Source of the DNA: Azolla caroliniana
Taxonomy: Eukaryota > Plantae > Polypodiophyta
Reading direction: 5' to 3'
Length of the DNA stretch: 64,000 nucleotides
Assembly: GCA_043228905.1 (NCBI GenBank)
Contig: JBHGNT010000012.1
Coordinates: 21,204,001 to 21,268,000, forward strand
Shown: positions 1 through 11,418 of the stretch, piece by piece
Layout of the letters: every line of letters starts with the position of its first letter
How positions within the stretch are numbered: position 1 is the first letter of the stretch
Notes under the pieces: model-generated
What the model was told of the DNA's origin: nothing
What the model saw: the letters and a program-made list of their open reading frames with translations, nothing else
Databases searched by the model: none
Position numbers and translations under genes: made by a program

Positions 1-765
1 CCAGACCTTTCGTGTACAGTCATCTACAAAGGTGATGAAGTATCGGGAGCCTCCTAGTGATTGCTCTGGCATGGGCCCACATATATCTGTGTGCACGAGC
101 TATAGGGGCTTTCGTACCGTCTCGTACTGGAGAGAGTGCGGACTTCGGGTTTGTTTCCTGTATTGACAATGTTTGCAAAAGTCTGTCTTTGCTTGGAGTT
201 TAGGGATGTAGCCGACTACCATTAGTCGATCAAGTCCGGCTTGAGACATATGACCGAGTTGGCCATGCCATAAGTTTGGGTCGGTCTTTTCAACTGCATT
301 TACGACCCCTTCTGGATTGATCGCCATTAGTGGGTATATGTTATTGTACTTGTGTTCACTCCTGATTTTCAGATTTCCTCGGCTAATCATCCAGGTTGAC
401 TCACTAAGAGTCGTTCGACACCCGCCTTAGGCTAACATGCCGATGGAGACCAGACTCCTTTTCAGATCGGGTACATGTCGAACTCGATGTAGGGTTATTG
501 TGTTGCCATTTGGCAATCTGATGGGAACCTCTTCGGTCCCTGCTATTCAGCACTCATGCCTGTTTCCTAGTCGGATTGTGCCACTGGCGTCGCTTGAATA
601 GTTCGAAAACCATTCGATGTTCGGGATCACGTGGAATGTGGCACTGGAATCCAGTAACCACGTATGCGCATCTTGTGCACTATAGAGGACTTATCCGATC
701 ATCGAGTCCTCTAAGGAAAGAATTTCTCCGGATCGGGTGTCGGTAACATTAACTTCGTTGCCGAC
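1..765 (-). mobile_element. Ty1/copia retrotransposon fragment (protease, GAG-pre-integrase, start of integrase), degenerate
   Basis: Minus-strand translation gives WLLDSSATFHVIP (aspartic protease, ~622-660), LWHGQLGHMS...C..C (GAG-pre-integrase) and LVHTDICGP (integrase, ~73-99), with stops/frameshifts. Confidence 0.9.
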
Positions 766-774
766 TAGAGAGTG

Positions 775-3700
775 GTTTTTCATCCACCTCAAAAAACCGG
801 TATGTCTTATCATCTGAATACCCCTTCACAGCAAAGAGTACTTCCAATCTTTAAAAAACCCCAACCCATCTATGGTTAGCATTATTGGGTGGTATGGGAA
901 GTCTACTCATTGCTTCCTGAATTTGTTGATACATTATTTGGCCGCCATGCATACTACGTAGGATTTCTTTTTGCTCTTTCAATGAACGCGATAAAAACGC
1001 TTTCCAAGTCTGAACTGTTTTCGTTGTACCTGCTGTCATTTTCCCCCATGATAACCATTGTCTAGAACCTAGCACTGAACCATCTGATGTTGTAAACAAC
1101 GGGTTCCAAACTATCTTTTGTCTGAGATAGTCAACATAACGTTTGGGATTAGGTTTATTATGAAGCAAACCAGGTAATACATGTTTCCATGCTAAAAATA
1201 ATGTCCTAATAAATTTGTCTTCCCATCTATTGGCTGAAGGTACTCGGAAAGTTTCGTTCGGCCAGGGGGCGCCTAAGCAAGGAGAGCAATCTGAACATCG
1301 GTCAATCAATAATACTTTCCATATTTCTTGCCCCAGTGTAAATCCTCTAACAAGCAACTTACTTAGCAATGCTCTTGATTGATCTACTGGATCAATAATA
1401 CCTTATCCTCCTTTAGAACGAGGTAAGGTAATAACATCCCATTTCACTTTCGACCGAGCATTGCCTTCCGTTTTACCGGACCACAAGAAATTACGAATCA
1501 GTCTACGTATTTTCAGAATGCATGACTTGGAGAATATCCAACATGACAAAACATACCATGTTGAAGCCAATAAAACCTGATTAGCAACTATAATCCGACT
1601 AGCAAAAGACAACTTGGCTGAACTCCATAATAATAACTTTTTCTGTAGTGATAATAGGAGGGGTGCCACTTGATGTTCCATTGAAAGATCAATACCTATC
1701 GTACGCCCTAGGTACCGAACTGGACAACCTGATGGTATCCATCGAAATTGCGGGTGTGGATTCCATATAGGAGACTTTACATCCCCCACCCAAAATACAA
1801 AGGACTTGCTCCAATTGACCACTGCACCTGAAGCCTTACAAAATGTGGATATGGCCAATTCTATTTTTTGCAAATTTTCTAAATCACCTTTTAAGTATAG
1901 GGCAGTGTCATCTACAAACTCAACATCCCTTATTTCTATATGTGAAAGTGGGACTCGTAGTCCCCGTATACCAATATCTCCAGTATTCAAAAAAGAGATC
2001 ATTGCCTCAGCAAATAACAAGAACAAGAAAGGAGCCAAAGGACAACCTTGGCGAACTGATCGAGAAATTGAAAACAAGGGTCCATAATTCCCAACTAGTA
2101 AGACTCGGTTTTGTGCCAAAATATATAAGGAATAAATTCCTGTTATCCATTCTTTCGAGAATCCAAAACGAGCCAATACACCTTGTAAAAATTCCGAATC
2201 AACATGGTCGTAAGCTTTCTCAAAATCAAGCATAACAATGGCCAAGTTTTGATTAGATTTGGCTGCCAAAGTTGCAGATTCCCAAAACGTATAAACATTT
2301 TCCAAAATGCTCCTTTCCCGAATGAATCCTATTTGTGACGGATGTATAACTTTAGGCATTATAGTACTAAGTCGTATACTAATTGCTTTAGCTAAAATTT
2401 TATACACCGTATTCAATAATGTAATCAGGCGCCATTTCTTGATATCCAATGAAGAACCTTTTGATTTAGGGATAAGGTAAATTAGTCCTTCTGTAAAATA
2501 TGGAGGCATATTACCCTCCCGAAGAATTTGTTGGAATGTTGTACATAAATCTGCTTTGAACAAGTCCCTATATTTAATGAAGAATGTTGGGGTTAAATCG
2601 TACATACCTGGACAACAATTTTTAGGCAAAGCTTGGAGTGCTTCACTCAATTCCTCATAAGTAAGAACGTTTTGGAGCATGACATTCATATCTTGTGTTA
2701 TTCTTGAACTCAATTTATTCCATATACAAGACCGACTTATTAAATCCTCATTGGAGAAGGAAACAATTGATAATAGGCCAGTATAGTATCGTGTGGCTAT
2801 TTCTCTCATCACTTGAGGTTTAGATGAGATAATTCCATTCTCGTGTTGTAGTTGTTTGATTGAAACCGAATTATGATTTGGTTTCATGGCATGAAAAAAT
2901 TCAGTTGTGCATTTATCACCTATTTGGGTCCAATTAGCTGCCTGAGATGATATTGAAATTCTGCACGTTTTTCTAATAGTATAGCAAGTTCTTGTCTCGC
3001 TGACCCAAGTTTCTCAGCAATCCACATGCAATGTGGATAACGTTCTTGTAATCATTGTAGAGAAACAAGAGAAATACGTGACCGTTTCTCCTTTTCTTGA
3101 AGCATAGAAAACCTCTCCTTGGATTTATCCCTGAAAAATTCTGAAATACATCGTAAGCCATTAGCTACCCGCATAGCCATTGATTCCTGTACAACATCTT
3201 TTTGAGACCATAATTCAGCCATTTGTAAGGAAAAGCTATTGTCTAACAACACGTGTTCATGAATTTTCAGATTGAAGAATTCCTTAAGGTTTTGGGTCGA
3301 AATTGACAGGATAATTGGAGCATGATCAAAGAAGGTAGTTCCCGGCATTATATGTATTGTACCAGTTGCTGAAATAAATTTTCCAGATACATAGAATCTA
3401 TCCAATCAAGCTAAATTAGTACCATTTACACGCCTATCCAATTGGTGTTTGTATGAACCATCAAAGGAGCGTGCCAAGCATCTAATATTTGTAAGGAAAA
3501 CACCAATTGTTCCCACATTGCTAATTCATGGCCATGTATTGTGGTTGAACTACCTCCCATTCTATCAATGGGGTCCTCAAGCATGCTAAAATCACCAGCG
3601 ATACACCAATGATCACGGGGAGGCAGATTATTTAATAAATCTTTCCAAAATTGTTGCCGTGCAGAGGCAGTATTGGGAGCATATATATTCAAGAGTCCCC

Positions 3701-4012
3701 ATGTAATCTCTCCGTCATGCATAATAACATATTGAGCCCTTCTAGGAATGACCACTTGTTTTTGGATAATGTATGGAATCCACCTCTGAGAAATAGCCAT
3801 ACAAACCCCACCACGGATTTCTGTGTTGCCCACTGCAGGAGACCAGAACATGTCCCAGTTTCCAGATAGAATAGAACCATAACGAGAAATTCTAAAAGTA
3901 TTTAAATGATGTTCTTTTATTAAAAGAAAATCTAAGGATTACTTTAAGTGATAACACGCTTAATAGTTATCCCACGCCATAGAATTGAATATTACAATTC
4001 ATACCCTTGTTC
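775..4012 (-). mobile_element. L1/Tx1-type LINE ORF2 (APE endonuclease + reverse transcriptase), frameshifted, 3'-truncated
   Basis: ORFs 3426-3851 (NIYAPN, WCIAGDF), 3052-3405 (DRFY, DHAPI), 1403-2887 (KWRLITLLNTVYKILAK, LDFEKAYD, VRQGCPLAP, FVDD, VRYLG) and 851-1369. N-terminal DFLLIKEHH near 3905-3930. Confidence 0.93.
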
Positions 4013-4169
4013 ATTTTAGAATTAGCCCACACATACTCATCGTAAGATCAGGGAAAAACTACGGAAAAACTATCTCATGGTCAGATATGGTTATGCACGT
4101 AACATGCTCTCCCACTTTAAAAAATCACACTCTTACAACGATTATGGTTAAGGATAAACCATAACTAAC

Positions 4170-4205
4170 CATAACATACACATACACATACACATACACA
4201 TATAC

Positions 4206-4239
<34 letters not shown>

Positions 4240-4440
4240 TACACATACACATACACATACACATACCTACACATACACATATACATACATACATACAGAT
4301 ATATGTATCATGTATGTGTGTATGTATCATGCATGTATGTATGTATACATCAAATATATGGCTCTCAATATTCACATATATATAGTGATATTTTTTTCTC
4401 TAAAATTCACACGATATGTATATGATATATCATATATCTA
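4170..4440. repeat. Compound (CATA)/(TA)/(TATG) microsatellite and low-complexity tract
   Basis: Seen directly; it explains spurious ORFs 4148-4375 and 4310-4558. Confidence 0.9.
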
Positions 4441-4958
4441 TTGCTTTAAAGCTATTATACCGCATGTATACATATGTGATACCAATAGTCTAAATTTAGC
4501 AGTTTTTTTTTTCCAGATCCAAACACGTCTGTCTAAAAAAGGAAATGCATGGATTTGAGAGAGAGAAAGCGTGCCGTTTCTGAACAGTTTCTGATTGACG
4601 ACGAGGGTTTCTTGAATTGAAGGGCTTTTTTTCTGATCGAAGAAGAAAAGAGGGAGGAAGCAGGAAGTGTGTTAGGGTTTCTCTTGACATTAATTCTGCA
4701 GCCTCTTTGATCGTCTCCAACCAGGTAGTAAGTAGTATTGTATGTCATGGATCGGTTTGTTTCGTGCGTTTCTTAAATTCGACTGCTTTGATCGCTGGTC
4801 GGCAGACAGACAGACAGACAGACAGAGAAACGCCTCCAATTTCGGATCTTTCGGTGGTGCATCAGGAAGGAAGAAAAAAAGGGTGGAAACTGAAGAGGGG
4901 TTTTAGGGTTTAGGGTTTCTTCTCTGTTAAAATCACTTTTGTCTTTCTTTGCAAAGTC

Positions 4959-6575
4959 ATGCCATTGGAGGTGTTGTCTGCACTGGACAAAGCCAAGACG
5001 CAATGGTACCATTTCACAGCCATAGTGATCGCAGGGATGGGCTTCTTCACAGACGCCTACGATCTCTTCTGCATCTCCACAGTAACCAAGCTCCTGGGCC
5101 GCATATACTACTACGACCCGGCCATGAAGGATGTGCCGGGGAGCCTCCCGGCCAGCGTCTCATCGGCCGTCAACGGGGTAGCCTTCTGCGGAACCCTAGT
5201 TGGACAGCTCTTCTTCGGCTGGCTCGGCGACAAGCTCGGCCGGAAGAAGGTCTATGGCATAACCCTAATGTTCATGGTCATAAGCTCCATCGCCTCGGGC
5301 TTGTCCTTCGGTAGCACCTCCAAGTCCGTCATGGCCACGCTATGCTTCTTCCGCTTCTGGCTCGGGTTCGGGATCGGCGGGGACTACCCGCTCTCGGCCA
5401 CCATCATGTCGGAATACGCGAACAAGAAGACACGGGGCGCCTTCATCGCGGCCGTCTTCGCCATGCAAGGCTTCGGCATTCTCGGAGGCGCGGCCGTAGC
5501 CATTCTCGTGTCGGTCGCCTTCGACAAGGCTTACCCTAGCCCCGCGTTCCACCTCGACCCCGCCGGGTCCACACCTCCCCAAGCCGACTACGTGTGGCGC
5601 ATCATCTTCATGGCCGGCGCGATCCCGGCCATCTTCACCTACTATTGGCGCATGAAGATGCCCGAGACGGCCCGCTACACGGCCCTCGTAGCCGGCAATG
5701 CCACGCAAGCCGCGCTCGATATGACTTGTGTCCTCCAAGTGGAGCTCAGAGCCGAGCCTCTCAAAGTGGCATACATTGTCTCCTCGGATACCCGCGGATT
5801 GTTCTCTCGCGACTTCTTGAAGAAGCACGGGCTCCATCTCCTAGGCACCACGGCCACGTGGTTTCTACTCGATATTGCGTTCTATAGCCAAAATCTCTTC
5901 CAGAAGGACGTGTTCTCGGCCATCGGCTGGCTCCCTCCGCCCTCCACAATGAGCGCCCTCGAAGAAGTGTATAGAATCTCGAGGGCCCAGGCTTTGATCG
6001 CGCTATGTTCGACTGTTCCCGGCTATTGGTTCACGGTCTTTTTGATCGACCGCATCGGTCGGTTTACCATCCAACTCATGGGCTTCTTCATGATGACCGC
6101 CTTCATGTTCGCCCTCTCGATCCCATACAACTATTGGCAAGGCACGCCATGCGGAACTGGCTATTGCAATGGGCATCATATCGTGTTTGTCGTATTGTAC
6201 GCGTTCACATTCTTTTTCGCCAACTTTGGCCCCAATAGCACTACGTTTATCGTGCCGGCAGAAGTGTTTCCGGCACGGTTGCGGTCTACGTGCCATGGAA
6301 TTTCAGCAGCAGCCGGAAAAGCCGGAGCCATGGTCGGCGCGTTCGGGTTCCTATATGCGGCTCAGAGTCCGACAGAAGGTAAACAGGAACCCGGGTATCC
6401 AACTGGGCTAGGTGTGAGAACAGCTTTGATCATGTTGGCTTGTTGCAATGGCTTGGGATTCTTTTTCACCTTCTTGGTCCCCGAGACAAAAGGGAAGTCT
6501 CTAGAGGAAATAACAGGAGAAGATAGAGAAGAAGAAACAACAAGAGTCGAGGAATTGACCACTACTTCGATGTGA
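4959..6575 (+). CDS. PHT1: PHT1-family high-affinity inorganic phosphate/H+ symporter (MFS), 538 aa, no coding intron
   Basis: Complete ORF starting [19 protein letters not shown]. Has the PHT1 signature [13 protein letters not shown], plus [24 protein letters not shown] and [11 protein letters not shown]. Confidence 0.97.
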   Translation: MPLEVLSALDKAKTQWYHFTAIVIAGMGFFTDAYDLFCISTVTKLLGRIYYYDPAMKDVPGSLPASVSSAVNGVAFCGTLVGQLFFGWLGDKLGRKKVYGITLMFMVISSIASGLSFGSTSKSVMATLCFFRFWLGFGIGGDYPLSATIMSEYANKKTRGAFIAAVFAMQGFGILGGAAVAILVSVAFDKAYPSPAFHLDPAGSTPPQADYVWRIIFMAGAIPAIFTYYWRMKMPETARYTALVAGNATQAALDMTCVLQVELRAEPLKVAYIVSSDTRGLFSRDFLKKHGLHLLGTTATWFLLDIAFYSQNLFQKDVFSAIGWLPPPSTMSALEEVYRISRAQALIALCSTVPGYWFTVFLIDRIGRFTIQLMGFFMMTAFMFALSIPYNYWQGTPCGTGYCNGHHIVFVVLYAFTFFFANFGPNSTTFIVPAEVFPARLRSTCHGISAAAGKAGAMVGAFGFLYAAQSPTEGKQEPGYPTGLGVRTALIMLACCNGLGFFFTFLVPETKGKSLEEITGEDREEETTRVEELTTTSM

Positions 6576-6949
6576 ACTCCCCCTACTATGAGCTTCCTAC
6601 TATGAGCTTACAGTTGTATGATTTATGGGTTTTTGAAATTGCTCAGTTTTCTCGTGTCTAGGTTGATAATTGATTGGGTGATGTGATCTCCAAATTTTGC
6701 GAGTGTAAACGCATTCAACTTTGAGTGTTTTGTTTTTAATGAGATATGAAATTTTGTCCTTCTCTTCGAGGATATTCGACACTTTACTACGAAAGAGTTC
6801 TAGATCATTCATCATTCTTGAGGGGCCAACAAAACATCATGGTATCATGCCATTGGTGGAGCATAGGAGGTATTGCTTCATCGAAACTTGTTTGATCTCT
6901 TAATAGAAAAAACAACTTTTAAAATCCATTGTTATTAGAAACTTGTTTT

Positions 6950-8900
6950 TCTCTTTGTAATACAGCTTCTTTTTAAATCCATGATCAAAGTGCGCAACTC
7001 AAATCTTAGGTACACAATCCTAAAGAGGACAAAGAGTTCTTTGAAAATGTGCTTTTCAAACCTACCATGATTTCTTGTTAAATCTAGAGATACAGTCTCA
7101 AGTCTAGTTGAAATTGGGTAGGAAAGAATATTGTTATAACTTTTCAACATGAAGTGAGGGGGGGAATTTTTGATAATGTTGTCTACTAAGGGGTAAAGTT
7201 CATATAATCCCTTATGCTATTGGCACTTTTCTATATTGCATATTTAACTCTTCGATGTGATCGTCTCATCTTCTCGAGTTAAATAACAATGTCATTTAGT
7301 TGTGTCCAAGTGGGGCAATAGTGGCCATCAGATACCTAAAGGATCCTTTTGTTAATGTTGTCTTTCGTATTTTGATCAAGTAAATCTTCTTCCAAAAGTA
7401 ATACCCCACCTTAAAGTACATGTTTTTTGGTTTCTCATGATTTATTCCACAATTCAGGGTTAGGTGACCTATTCTAAAATTATGAGTGCAATGTAGAAGA
7501 TGTCACTTGATCGTGTTAGTAAAATCTATATCTTACATTATTGATTGACAAGTGTAATTCTTTTTGGCCTTTGTGTTGTGAAACCTCAAAGTGAGATACA
7601 ATTCTAGAAAGGATATACACTTCAAAAGTACCTTGTCCAATTCCGAAAAATTGCTATCCTAATTTCATCGCATAAAGTGAGAAGCATTTGCGTACATGGT
7701 TGTGTTTGAGCCATAAAGTGGAGTACATTCCAAAAATACATTGTCCACTTTCCAAAATTTTCTATCCTAATTTCAATGTATAAAGTGGCAAGCATTTGCA
7801 TTAATGGTTGTGTTTGTCACTTTGTGAGCCAAGACATGGATGCGTATATGCAAGGTATATCAAACCTCCATGTATGTATGTACAACATACACAAGTATTT
7901 GATATTGAATGAACAAAGGCCTTCCATTTTGTGTTTACTTTGCCTAAATTTGTTGAAGGAAATCACACAATAAGTTCTCAAGATTCATATTGGCCAAGGA
8001 AGCAACAATAAAAAATACTAAAATTTGTGCTATAAGCATTGATTGGATCACCTGCATATTAACGTGCATTTGTGAAGTCTAGTAATCCCAATATTGCAAC
8101 TTGCCTTAGATCTTTTCCAGTGCCCAATCCACTTAATCTTTGGAGGTTGAAACATTGTATGTAGCGCATCCAATATATTGGATAATTTGATATTTAGGAG
8201 GCCCAAATTTTTCCTAGTCCAATAAATAGAATGTCATTGATCAACTTTAGGATGACTCTACTTAGATTTATCAAAAATAAACCTCAATCCTACAATTGAA
8301 GCATGACATCAAGTGCCCTTGTTACAATTTGGGAAGCTTGAGCCATGGTCTTTTCTATTTAGTGTGAAAAAAACAGTTATTTGTTGAATCACTAGAAAAA
8401 AAATGCAATGAATTACCAATCGATGACGTCAAGATTGTTATGAACTAGAATGGTTTGTAACTCTTGTTTGGTCATAAACAAAACAAGTAAGATTGAGACC
8501 TAGCATAGTAAAGACCATATACACCAAGAAATGTTGATTGGCCAATCAATCATGTTGGTATTGCTCCTGTATGTAAACCATACGCTTTCATGTGTAAAAT
8601 ACAATGCAGAAAACGTTTTCAATACAAGGGATTACATAGAACACAAATAATTGGCTTCCATATGTAAGATAAAAAGCAAGGGAAAGTTTAGGTTCATAAA
8701 AAAGTTTTGTTTGATAGGAATACTCCTACCAAAATATAAGTAAAGATAAAAGAGTACCTTGAGTACAATATGTATATTCAATAGGTTCCTTTTAAACCCC
8801 CCACAAATTTGAAGGCAAGCCATGTGCTTGGAGACAAACTATTGAATAACATTAGCAATGTATCTAGGTATGTATTATGTACTATAGGTAAGCGTATGTG
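6950..8900. mobile_element. Highly decayed LINE RT remnants (probably two pieces, opposite strands)
   Basis: + strand IRYLKDPF (~7328-7350, cf. IRYLGIPF); - strand DWALE...LLDFTNA (~8065-8130, cf. DWAxE...LDFEKA). Short motifs only. Confidence 0.4.
7623..7815. repeat. Degenerate direct duplication (~85-bp copies, period ~108 bp)
   Basis: caaaagtaccttgtcc...ctatcctaatttca...taaagtg...aagcatttgc...atggttgtgttt occurs at ~7623 and ~7731. Confidence 0.75.
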
Positions 8901-9242
8901 GGAACATCTTTCAACCCCTTGCCTTATTGTGATTTGACATAGACGGATATATTGCGATTTGGGTCATAATCAATTACCTAACCTCAAAACTATGTTTGGT
9001 TTTTACAAACAAGAGTCTTTCTGGGATCTTGAATGTACAAAGTGTGTGAAATGGTCGAGAATCATACTACTAGACCAAACGCCCTTTCAAGATATACCCC
9101 TCACAAGGACGGGTTTCGAGAGTTGAACTCGAGATCTCTCGCACACAAAGCGAAAATCATACCACTAGACCAAACGTCATTTCAAGGAATACCTTTCCTC
9201 ACAAGAAAGAATATTTGGAGGATTGAAGGGGTACTATTACTA

Positions 9243-9314
9243 GGGGCATTTCGAAAATCGAACTCGAGACCTCTCGCACCGGAAGCGAGAATCATAACAC
9301 TAGACCAAATGCCC
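9243..9314 (-). pseudogene. Full-length tRNA-Pro body with CCG anticodon (probable pseudogene)
   Basis: 72 nt with an intact acceptor stem and loop TT-CCG-GT, but D-loop GG changed to GT and a T-stem C changed to T. Confidence 0.65.
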
Positions 9315-9888
9315 TTTCAAAGGAAGACTTTTGGGAGGATTGAACAAGGGGAATTTCGAGAATCAAACTCGAGGCCTCTCGCACCCAAAACGAGAATCAT
9401 ACCACTAGACCAAAGTCCACAAGGAAGACATTTTGGAGGATTGAACAAGGGGTGTTTCGAGAATCGAACTCCAGACCTCCCGCGCCCGAAGCGAGAATCA
9501 TACCATAGAGTAGATGCCACAAGGAAGAGATGTTGGAGGATTGAACAAGGGGTGTTTCGAGAATCGAACTCAAGGCCTCTCGCACCCGAAGCGAGAAACA
9601 TACCACAGAGCAACCAAGAGATGTTGGAGGATTGAACAAGGGGCGTTTCGAGAATCGAACTCGAGACCTCCTACGCCTGAAGCGAGAAACATACCACAAA
9701 GCAGATGCCCTTACAAGGATGAGATTTTGGAGGATTGAAGGGGTAAGGGATACCCCTCACAAGCTATTACAAGTGGCATTTCGAGAATTGAACTCGAAGC
9801 CAGAATCATACCACTAGACCAAACGCCCTTTCAAGGGATACCCCTCACAAGGAAAAATATTTGAAGGATTGAAGGGGTACTATTAAAA

Positions 9889-9960
9889 GGGGCATTTCGA
9901 GAATCGAACTCGAGACCTCTCACACCCGAAGCGAGAATCATACCACTAGACCAAATGCCC
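9889..9960 (-). tRNA. tRNA-Pro(CGG), apparently intact member of the array
   Basis: 72 nt: GGGCATTTGGTCTAGTGGTATGATTCTCGCTTCGGGTGTGAGAGGTCTCGAGTTCGATTCTCGAAATGCCCC. Perfect acceptor and T stems, one G-U in the anticodon stem, intact A and B boxes, TTTT directly downstream. Confidence 0.8.
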
Positions 9961-11418
9961 TTTCAAGGGATACCCCTCACAAGGAAGAATATTTGAAGGA
10001 TTAAAGGGGAATTTCGAGAATCAAACTTGAGACATCTCACACTCGAAGCATACCACTAGACCAAACGCCCTTAAAAGGAATACCCTTCACAAGGAAGAAT
10101 ATTTGGAGGACAACATACTTAATTTAGTTGTAGGGCTATTTTAACATGATATGGACCATTGGTTAGGCAACCCAATGAATATAAAGTTAAAAGAAAAAAT
10201 AATGATTGCGACTTGTCATATAACATATTCTAAATTCTAATCGCATAAGTGATACAACTGAAATATGTGATTGTCAATTGAATATTAGTCAACCTTTGTA
10301 TACGGTGTAATATAATTCCATCGCTTTCGTATTCTCTATTTATTTTATTCATGGTGTAATCAATGTTAAATAGTGTACCACTGTACTCTCTCCCTCCCTC
10401 CCTCTCTCTCCTGTCATACATTCTCTAATTCTGACAAGAGGTGACGATGAGGTCATAGACAGAAGTTGAGAGCATACAGAGTTGAGTTAGAGCATTACTC
10501 ATAGTGTTATCATTCTCCCAAAAATAATGATAAGTAGGAATGCCCTTGGGTATTATATCTAACCTAGCCCTCATGTATTATACCAAATTGTATCTAACCT
10601 TGGGTATTACTATTATACACAAACCTACTTGTCATGAAAGAACTTACAATCCATGCCAAGCAAAATATTACCAACATATGAGCTAAGGAATTTCAATCTA
10701 AGTGGTACATACATAGCTGAGTACATCAAATGCCCAATTCTAGAAACCAACAAGAGAGCTTATATTGATGCACACATAAGGGCTTGTGTTTGTGCCCTTA
10801 TATGGATGTTTAGATACCCATGGAAGAACTTATGAATCCTTATGACCATATCTAGACTTTTGGACACCCATACACGTATTTTTTTCATTAATAGCATTGC
10901 ATCTTTTCACAAACCTATGCATCTACTGAAGCTTTTTTTATCATATAAGAATGCAATACACAAAATTCATGCACCAATATTGTAAATGATTCACCGTTAA
11001 GACATCTCCAAGATCAGATTTGTGATATACACAACGTCCCATTCATGCTAGCAAGAATATATTCAGCTTTATTCAAAAGATATAAACAATTCATTCCCTA
11101 CACTTTTTGCATGTGAGAGTGCGTGATACAACGGACCATACTGTTTATCCAAACTAACAAACAAAATCAATTGTTTTATTCGACACCTTTTTGAGGTTCA
11201 CGGATTTACACATTCGTCCAACCCCCCTCGCCCCTTTTTTTTCAGATTTTACTAAGGTGAATAAGAGATTACATGCCCTATCAAAACCAAACCGTAGTTT
11301 TTTACAACAAAAGTTCTCTTCTAGGAACTTCAATACCCCAAAGATTCAATCCGAGGAATTTGCTGAAGTCCTCAAAGCGAGTTTTGAGCAGCAAAAACAA
11401 AAACAGCAAATACATCCA

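Larger units (their letters stand above)
9056..10110 (-). repeat. Tandem array of ten tRNA-Pro genes/pseudogenes with conserved spacers
   Basis: Units at 9056-9084 (partial), ~9108-9179, 9243-9314, 9348-9419, 9449-9518, 9549-9615, 9640-9710, 9773-9828 (anticodon arm deleted), 9889-9960 and 10006-10070 (internal deletion). Each is the reverse complement of plant cytosolic tRNA-Pro (GGGCRTTTGGTCTAGTGGTATGATTCTCGCTT-NGG-GTGCGAGAGGTC...GAGTTCGATTCTC). Confidence 0.95.

Noticed and set aside
1532-1539. P1BS match GAATATCC upstream of PHT1
   Set aside because: Single 8-mer inside LINE coding sequence 3.4 kb away; expected by chance.
4720-4958. Possible 5' UTR intron of PHT1 (GTAAGT at ~4728, AAAG at 4956)
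   Set aside because: Acceptor is weak and cannot be fixed without transcripts.
4949-6562. Overlapping and antisense ORFs within PHT1
   Set aside because: By-product of high GC3 in the 5' part of the real gene.
9033-9817. ORFs up to 200 aa with FRESNSRPLAP repeats; CRISPR-like appearance
   Set aside because: These are translations of the tRNA-Pro array. The spacers are homologous to each other, there are no cas genes, and the context is eukaryotic.
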